DNA of 64,000 nucleotides from Eutreptiella sp. 'Long Island Sound 2002' (lineage: Eukaryota; Protista; Euglenida): contig OZ038378.1 in NCBI GenBank assembly GCA_964036045.1, positions 164,672,001 to 164,736,000 on the forward strand. The letters run 5' to 3'. Shown here piece by piece: positions 55,792 through 64,000 of this stretch; within the stretch, counting starts at the first letter, position 1, and the number at the start of each line of letters is the position of its first letter. The notes under the pieces are model-generated. The model ran no database searches. It had not been told where the DNA came from and saw nothing but the letters and a program-made list of their open reading frames with translations. Both the position numbers and the translations under genes were made by a program.

Positions 55792-58700
55792 CTTCGGAGA
55801 AAAACTCCGTCTTCGGGGGAGGCGGCGACATTTTCATTTTCCCCCGGCGAAATGTAGGGGTGTTGGCAGTGTAGTGCAGCTGGAGCTTGGGGATTTCCGA
55901 CGGCGGCGAACTTCCCCCCGCCCCCCCCCCCCCCCCCCCCGCTCAACGGCACGGGCCACAGCCCGTCTCCGGGACAGCCGACCCCCGGAGTAGTCAAACA
56001 GGACAAGTCATCCAGGGGCTCCGTTGACACGACCAAAACACGTTCGCACCCACAGAGGTCAGAATGTGCAAGGGTGAGAGGCCAATAGGCACTGCCAAAG
56101 GCAAACAACCTAATACCGAGGCCTTGTGCCACCCCCCACCCCCGCCCCCGAAATTTTCCCACACGCCCCATGCCCCGGTGGGCCCAATTGCAAGGTATGT
56201 GGCCGAGCGAGGCCCGCCACAGCAAGCACACCCGAGGCAGAGCACGCCAACATGGGACACGATCTCAAGCCACGCCCCGGCGCGGAACGTGCCCCCGGTG
56301 TGACCCGGCGGCAATGCCCCGAACCAGCAGGCCCTTGTCTCTTACCCAAGTCGGGGAGGCTCCGGAGAAGCACAATGAGCCAATGCAGGGATGGATCTAA
56401 TTTGTGCGCCACTCAGGGGGTGGGGGTGGGGGGGGAGGGGGGGGGGGTAGTGAATTGTGACATGTCACAAAAAATACAATAGGCCATAGTGGGAAAACAG
56501 TTTTTCTGAAAATATTGTGACACCCAAAAGGCTCTGTGGTAATTTCCGAGGGCAGTGGTACTTTCCGAGGGCATGCGGGATGGTTGCTGGATTGCTCATC
56601 TTTATGTTCCTGAGCTTCCTGTGTTTTTGTGACAATTCTGTTTTTGTGACATTCTGCTTGCATGCGCGACAGAGAGATGAGACGCGGTGTCAACTGACAC
56701 TGTGTTCTCTGTAGGCTCTCCAGACTGACGACATTCGCAGCAGCTCATTTGTCTGCCGCATCCTTCCGACAGCCTTTGTCATAGTTCTGTCATGGGTCGA
56801 AAGAAGGTGGGTTTTCAGTGTGATCGGCCGTGTGTTTCAGCCGCGGCATGCCGAAAAACAAGGAGCCGTGCAGCCCGTCGCGCCGCAGCAATTGCTCTGG
56901 CTGTGGGTGCTGTGGGTGCAGCTGTGGGTACTGGGTACTGACAGTGACAGTGACAGTGAATAAGAACCCTGGTGCACCAGCAAAAAAGACAAAAAACTGT
57001 TTCTTGGAATATGCAATGGTTTGCATTGAATGCTTCAAGTGAAGGGGTGTGCTGCCTACCTCCTGGCACCCTGCGTGGCTCAATCTGTGACCGGGTTTTT
57101 TTGTGACGCATATTGTGACGCCTCGTCACAACAGGGGGGGGGAGGGGGGGGGTAGGGAGGGACACCCACCCCCCCAGTTAGATCCATCCCTGAGCCAATG
57201 GACAACCCAATGGCAAGTCGAGCACGCCATGAACTGAGAAGGCAATGAAGGCCGTGGGAAGGCAGGCGCGGCTGGAGCACAGTGGCGGGTCCACACCTGA
57301 CCTTTGGAGGCCCGACATTTTCTGCGGCGAAATAAGTAATCCCCATACAAACCGCCCCCCCCCCCCCTATCTTCAGCTGCCCTCAACCCGACCAAGAAAC
57401 ATTCGATAGCCACAATTGAGTGGCGAACTCAAGGCAACATCCGGTACCGATTGAGTGCATCTGGCACGAGGCCAGGGTCACGCTGTTTACTTCAAAACCT
57501 GACGCCATGGCCCTGTATCTTGATCGGGCCGGGCAGGTGCCCGTTGGGGCTGCCCCTGCGCCTGCGCGTGGGAGTGCCTCGTTACAGTAGCCCCGATGGA
57601 CGGGCTCGCCGGAGATGGCACAGGGTGCGATGCCGGTGCTGCGATGGGCAGGGACTGTGTGGTACGGCGCTCTGGACTGTGAGGCTGCCGACAGTGACGC
57701 TTTGGACTGCAGGTCATGGCGGTCGACGCTGTGCACAGCAACGCTGTGGATGGGGTTGCTGTTGACAGCGACACTACGGGGGGAGGGAAAGTGTCGGGCG
57801 GGGGGTACATCCGTGGGACAATTTCGTCTTTCGGGAAGGTGGCGAAATTGTCCCCTGGCGAAATTTAGAGGAGTCGGCAGGGCAGTGAAGAGGGCACTGC
57901 GTTCTGTAGGTCCACGGTCTCTGGGGAAGTGTGTGGAACAGTTTCGTTCAGATGTCGTGAAGTAGTGCTGCTTTCAGTGGCCGTGTGATGTGCAAATCTT
58001 TCTCTGACTCAGAACGATTCCAAGGGTGGCGAAACATCCCCCCACGAAAGTTTCCCCGGCGAAATACTCAGACAAAATCCCCCCCCCCCCCCTCCTATCT
58101 GGACGGTGCTATGGATGGCTGGGGCTGTGGACGGCGACATCGTGGGTGTTGCCCCCATGGACGGCGCACACTGTATCCGTAGCTTCCCCTGCGATGCAGC
58201 CTTGCATGCTGCAAGACCGCCCAAGAATTGGCCTTCCCATGCGCGAAGTCCATGCCCGAACTTGCCACTCTGCAGTACACGGGGGGGGGGGGGCTTGCCC
58301 GATGCGACGTCCACATGGGTTGGGGGCAGGTTTTGCTGCCTTTTCAGCCGCATGAGCCCCTGCCCCGTCAATGAAGTCCCGTGTGGTGACAAAGCCACCC
58401 GGCCGCTGCTGGAGCCGCCGGGGGTCATCCCGGGTGTCCTGATTGATTTGCTGGCCAGAACGTCGTGTGCTGGCGTCCGTCTGTCCCGAGACAGCGGCTG
58501 GGCCTTGTATGCCACCCCCCACCTTCCCCCCCCCCCCCCCCCGCCCCCGGGGTTTTGGAAGACAGTGGTCCTGGTGGTGTGACGGGCGCGACCATTGTTG
58601 GTCTCGCTTACGTGTAGCCAAAAGGATCAGTGCGACACGCTGATAATTTTGATACCCGTATCTTGGGGTCCGACCCCCCCCCCCCCCCGAGTTTTTGACA

Positions 58701-59010
58701 GATAATTGGGGGTTTGGGTCGTAGCAGGACCGGGTCCAGCCTCCCCCCCCCCCCTGCCACAGTGCTTGCACACCCCGTTCCCCGTTTGGACTTCTTCTCC
58801 ATGTACCCTTGACGCATCAGGCACAGGTTGTCTACGCCCGACTCCACCACGTAGTAGGGCCCAGGGATGTCATCCTTCCTCTCTTCTCGCCTGATTTCTT
58901 CCAGTCTCTGCAGGCATGCTGTGGCACGATGTACTATGCCTTAGATCCGCTTTGCCCAACCGCTGCCTCACTGCACTTGCTCCATACGAATGGGTTTGAT
59001 GGGCCCTAGG

Positions 59011-59410
59011 CTCTGGATGGTTCCTGATATTTCCTGGTGGGCTCTGGATGGAAACAAACACATCTTTGTCCCTTCCTTCCGCCTGGTACACCGCTGTACA
59101 CGTCTTAATTCACAGTACTCACCTGCATCTGAATTCACAGTGAAGTCGTTGGTCATGCCGCGAAAATTTAGCCCGGGGGGGGGGGGGGGGTGGCGGGGCC
59201 ACTGTGCGGATCGTTTCCAGCGCGGTTCCATTGATCCGCTTGAGGAACGCTCGCTTGTGTGTGTGATGCCCATTTCTGTGGGGCATTCTACTGCAGGGGG
59301 GGATTTCGGGAGGGGAGAATTTTGCGGGGAAAATTTCGCCGTTAAGAAAAGTGGCGAAATTCCCCCCAACCATCCAGAGCCTACCAGGAAATATCAGGAA
59401 CTATCCGGAG
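59011..59410. repeat. 41-bp inverted repeats enclosing ~320 bp (foldback/MITE-like)
   Basis: 59011-59051 is the reverse complement of 59370-59410 with 3 mismatches. Confidence 0.75.
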
Positions 59411-60545
59411 CCCACCGGGAAATAACAGCAAGCTCCAGGATTCCTGGAGGTGGCGGAATTTTCCCGTTCCGAAACTGTCCGTGTCGAAATTGTCCCCTGG
59501 AAACCTCCCCCTCCCTCCCCTGTACTGCGTTAGCCATTTTTGGGTTCCGCAGTGGTGCAGCGCTTTTCCTTCCCTCCCCACTGCCATGCGGGGTTTCCCT
59601 TAGGTGTGTGTGACGATCTTTTGCCTATTGCCCGGTAGCATCTTAAGGGCACGAAGACGTGTCGGCCACCTGATGCAATAATGTGCAAAGGAAATGGACA
59701 CTGTACATATTACTGTGAGTGGAGAAAGTCAGGAACCTGCGAATGAGCATGTTCTGGGGCCTGCAAGCCCGATGCCTCTGAGAACTGAGAACACATGGTT
59801 CTTGCAGATGGAATGTTGTAGGAGCGCAGGTGTTGAACCTCGCAGTTTGAGCATGTTAGAAAAATGTCTTGGGCATCACCCACCCACCCACCCACCCACC
59901 CACACACACCCACACACCCACACACACCCACACACCCTCACTTCCAGGGTGGTCCTGGGGCAGCGAGCCAGGTTCTGGTCCAGAGTGCATATCACACTGG
60001 TCGAGAGGTAACACAGGGACGCACCCTGAGCCCGTACAGTGGGCCTGCTTCGATGGGAGTGACCCGACCCGAGGACGCCAGAGTGGCCATACGGGCTAAT
60101 CCGGGAGACCTGGTAAAAATGGCAATACCCCACCCACCCACCCACCCACACACACAAACATTGCTGCAATGAGAACAGAGCTGTAGAGTGGTGATGTATC
60201 ATAGCGAGCGCTATTGCTTCGGTTGAAATAATTGGGCGTCACACACATTAGAGCGAGGTAGGCAAGGGCTGACCCGAGCTGCTGAGAGGTGTACAGGGTG
60301 ACCAAGGGCAACGAGAGCTGCCAGACAGCGCCGGACAACATGCACAGCACTGCCGTCCATGTGTGACAGAGCCACGTTCGGCAGGCGCAAGAGGAGGTCA
60401 GATTAGACAGGGTTAGGCAGGGCGGGGACGGGCTGACCCCAAGCTGCCATACACGAGCACAGTCTGACCCAGAGCAAGGAGGGTTGCCGGACAAAGCGCA
60501 AGAAGGCAGAGCAAAGCGAGACCATGCAGCGTCCTGGTCGAGTTT

Positions 60546-60740
60546 CACCCCTCCGTGAATTATTTATGCCCCTCCGTGAATTATTTCACCCCTCCGTGAA
60601 TTATTTACCCCCCTCCGTGAATTATTTCACCCCTCCGTGAATTATTTACGCCCCTCCGTGAATTATTTCACCCCTCCGTGAATTATTCATGCCTCTCCGT
60701 GAATTATTTCACCCCTCCGTGAATTATTTACGCCCCTCCG
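60546..60740. repeat. Minisatellite: 9.5 alternating 20/21-bp units (41-bp higher-order repeat), core CCCTCCGTGAATTATTT
   Basis: cacccctccgtgaattattt alternates with a(t/c)(g/c)cccctccgtgaattattt; no spacers. Confidence 0.95.
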
Positions 60741-60989
60741 AATCGAGTTTGAATCAACCCACTGTGGTGGGGCATTTTGCATTTGGCACACATAGGCCTC
60801 ACAGACACACACACGTGATATATTCTGTTTGATATTAGTTCTTTGTGAATCGGAACGTGTAGCATAATGTGAACGTCTGAGCCTGACAAAAAATTGTGAT
60901 GTCGTGCAAAAAAAAGGCCCATACCCCAAAACAGGGCTTTGGTGTTGGAGACCCGGCCCTTGTGGGTCCTGCGATCTGAATGTAATGTT

Positions 60990-62050
60990 TCAAAGAAATA
61001 TGAGCTTTGCATTCTGTTCACAGCTGCTGTCAGTTTTGAATTGTGGAGTGAACAGACTTGACGGAAGAATTGACTTTGTCACCATGTGAATGTATTGCAA
61101 GGAGGACAGGGACACAGCAAAACATTCCTTTGCCCGAGCCTCTGCCCCCAAAATAGTGCAGTGTGCGTGCAGAGCAACTACTTGGGTGTCTGGTTGCACT
61201 AGAAACCCATACTTTGTGATACTAGGGGCATCATTGTTGTTTAACGACAGGTATTTTGTTGCTTCTTTTGCATTGAGGATATTGGACAAAGCCCGTTGAC
61301 AGGTTGAGAAAGATGTCCCTCTCAACCTCATGGCGCTTTAGGATGTCCTCTTCAATCTGAAGTATGAGAGTTGTGCATATAAAATCATAGTTGCAGACTA
61401 TATGTAATGCAGTTATCAGCAATCCGTGGTTGCAATATGTGCTCCACAACTAGGCAGCCATATGGGTCACAAAGAAATGAGAAGTGCCCATAAGGCATGG
61501 CGACAGTTTTGCCCTAGTGCTCACTAGAAGGGGAAAAACTTCTGTCAAGCCATGAGCCTATGGTTACTCACTCCATTCTGTACCTCCAGTTTGCGACCTA
61601 TTGAAGGGTTTGCACGGCAGCATCTTCCCCACCTTGGGGTTGACCCGGCATGGGATAAGGACACGTCAATGGCAATGATGCAGGATATTCTCCACCCAAG
61701 CTAGGAGTACCCACGTGGCCGCCGTCTTGAGATGTCTCCAAGCAACCGAAAAAGCAGAAATGTAATGTGACGCGGTTGCAGTCCGATTGTAGAGGGAAAA
61801 GGGAGTTGGATCATGCTCTTGGCAGTTCCTCCTGCTCATACCAACATTCTGCTTGCAACCGCAACTCAATGCTGTTCAGCCATGGTTGCTTTTGCTATTG
61901 CTGGCATGGCTGTTACATACATCTGGTCCACCGGTGAACATGTGCCTAGCACAATTATTGGTCGTTCTACCCATGGGGATGATTTGTTTTGTGTGAAGTA
62001 CATGCGGAATGGTCATCAGATTGAGCATCATGCACCTTTGGACCATGTTC
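60990..62050 (-). mobile_element. Decayed LINE relic (post-RT thumb/C-terminal region)
   Basis: Minus-strand fragments such as RPIIVLGTCS…AKSMIQLP and LLITALH…LILQIE…NILNAKEATKYL resemble LINE ORF2 downstream of YLG. Weak and broken. Confidence 0.3.
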
Positions 62051-62164
62051 TTTTCTCAATCTGCAGCCCTTCTCTAGTGCCCTCAGAGGCCTCTCCAACA
62101 CAAGGGTGGTACTGCAGGTCGCGCGCAAGCAGGGGCTTGTCTAAGCACGGGACTTCCTGAGCAT

Positions 62165-62510
62165 TCTGAGTGACGGCTCGTCGCCGGAGGAGCATTGGAC
62201 CTTGTCAGGGGGGGACTTGTCATCAGATGAAGCCTTGTCGGGAGGGGGTTCCTCGAGCACCGAGTCAAGATTCAGTACGGATGTCAGTGACCGCCAACGG
62301 GTCCCGAAGAGACTTATGCGGGGGGTGGGCCAGCCAGGCTCGTAATCAACAACCCTGATCGCCTAAAGGCGCAGCGACCCTACCCATTAGCCGGATGAAA
62401 TGCTGTCTGAAGTTGGCGCCGCCTATTGGCCTCTTACTGCTTACCCTTGTCCTTCCTTGAACCCAGTGCCCATTGGCCTCTCACCAGCTTGTGCCCTTCC
62501 TCTCCCTGGT
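62165..62510 (+). mobile_element. 3' fragment of a LINE related to 40243-44692
   Basis: Translates LSDGSSPEEHWTLSGGDLSSDEALSGGGSSSTESRFSTDVSDRQRVPKRLMRG…*, sharing the acidic tail and FSTDVSD motif. The putative UTR motif (gcctattggcctc…tgcccattggcctctcacc) is also seen inverted near 56060-56110. Confidence 0.55.
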
Positions 62511-62899
62511 GGCTGCAAAAGTCCACAGTGTTAAAGGCCCCAGCAGATGGAATTTGCCCCCCCCCCCCCCCGCCGCCCTTACGCAAGCACGCTGAAAGTC
62601 AGGAAAACGACAGTGACAAGTCCCGTGCTTAGCCATAATCCGACGATGGCCGTCACCCCCGGTATCCCACCCGCAGGAAATCACTGTTCGCGTGTCCAGC
62701 AAACGCGACAGAGCCGCGGCCCACAGTTGTCCAGACGCGGCAAAGCCGCGCCCATGTGTCCAGCAAGCGGCAAAGCCGCCATCATGTGTGCGTGCACATC
62801 CTGCAGTTTGAGCAAAGTTTGCAATGAGATCCTGGCCCCCTTGCACAGTTCCCCAAGAAGAGGGTTTGGCATAATAGAAGGATGCAGCAAACCAAATGT

Positions 62900-64000
62900 C
62901 CCACTATTCAACCATCCTGCTGCTGGGATCATCCAACAATAGTTGTAGTGGAAAGGTAATGTTTGGGACAGTACACGATGAGCTAGCTTCAACAGAGATC
63001 TGCTTTGCTATCCATTTTCTATCCCCCTGCGTCCCACTCCCCTTCACCAGCTCGCAGTCCAGCGCCACCAGGAGAAAGCAACACCAACACTGAGACCAGA
63101 ACCTATGGGAACCAAAGGGCTGCTGCCCCAAATAATTTGGTTTGGCAATAGGTTGTATTTCACTAGGGATCTTGTTGGCAATGTCGGCATCCCTGCATAT
63201 CCAAACCAGTGCCAAAATTTGCACCAAAGGACAGAACGAAGAAGCTTGGTGAGCAGTTGCAACTATTTTTAAGAGGTGAGCTACCCCCCCTTGCGAGGGA
63301 AGGTGCCATGCGGTGGTCCATTTTGAGATGAAAATGAGCTCTTTCCCAGCGTGTTCTCAGGGCGGTCATCCTGGAAGTTTAGGACTATCACCGGTGTGTC
63401 GTGTTGGCGTCCCGAACGAGTGTCGCTCTTCTGCCACGGCAGTTGGGCTATCAAATGATTGCAAATGGGCACTCAATAAGGCGTCCCTCACACCATGGTG
63501 CCGTGCAGAGGTCCACTGTGAGGCAGAAGGACCCAGCTCAGTCCTAGTCACACGTCTTGGTTTAGGGTTGTTGGGGTGCAGAGATGAGATGGCTATAGGA
63601 AGCCAGGCAACGAAAGCTGCAACTGTGAGCATCGGGACAAACATTGTACTCTCACCCACATAACTGCAACCCTAACCCCCATCCCACCTGCAATCCCTCA
63701 CACAAATGACCTTCGATCAAGAAGCAGGTCACTCATGGTACTGGAAACTGGTTGTGTTCCCCCTGTAACCAGCCAGCCTTCCGGGAACACCCTAACCTTG
63801 CACGGCAAACCTCCTGCCAGTACTGACAGGCTTCACATTGTCCGTACCCGCGCATGCTTTGCAAGGGCAATAGTGCAAATTGATTCTGCACTTTGGTGGC
63901 AGCAGCATGCCGAGCAATGATGAAGCCCTTTTTATACGGCTCACAGTCCTTTGTTGATAGGGCTTTGAACACATCATCAACGAAAGGGCCAAAGCTGGGG
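62900..64000 (-). mobile_element. Decayed LINE of the same clade as 40243-44692, running off the window edge
   Basis: Minus-strand YKKGFIIARH…FALLPL, VAAFVAWL and LRSVLWCKF parallel YAPVVAKMLARARTLATLPL, SQTFVQAV and IRRVLWRKL in the intact element. Confidence 0.4.

Noticed and set aside
60546-60740. CRISPR-like array
   Set aside because: Units are contiguous with no unique spacers, no cas genes are present, and the context is eukaryotic.

Overview
Repeat-rich eukaryotic nuclear DNA, very probably from a photosynthetic euglenid (inferred from two near-copies of the euglenid spliced-leader sequence and a tripartite euglenid-type plastid presequence). No prokaryotic features are present. Three protein genes are well supported, all on the + strand. 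(1) A 4-exon, plastid-targeted fusion of a catalytically dead oligopeptidase A (M3)-like scaffold with a D27/DUF4033 beta-carotene-isomerase-like domain (18087-26255); intron 1 hosts an intact tRNA-Ser(GCT). (2) An intronless secreted protein with a bacterial-like lamin-tail-type module, a jelly-roll module and two tandem VWD domains (32891-36085). (3) A ~2650-aa polycystin-1/adhesion-receptor-like protein with PAN, mucin, REJ-like, GPS and 5 TM regions and a beta-helix in an inferred cytosolic loop (45293-55791), preceded by a relict spliced leader. A possible fourth gene encodes a disordered basic protein (6581-11923). Mobile DNA includes a young 5'-truncated RNase H-bearing LINE with a 53-bp target-site duplication nested in a TA-flanked MITE, several decayed LINEs, a DIRS-like RT relic, a 3-copy SINE-like family and several micro/minisatellites. 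Splice sites, alignments and domain calls were made by eye, with no database searches.
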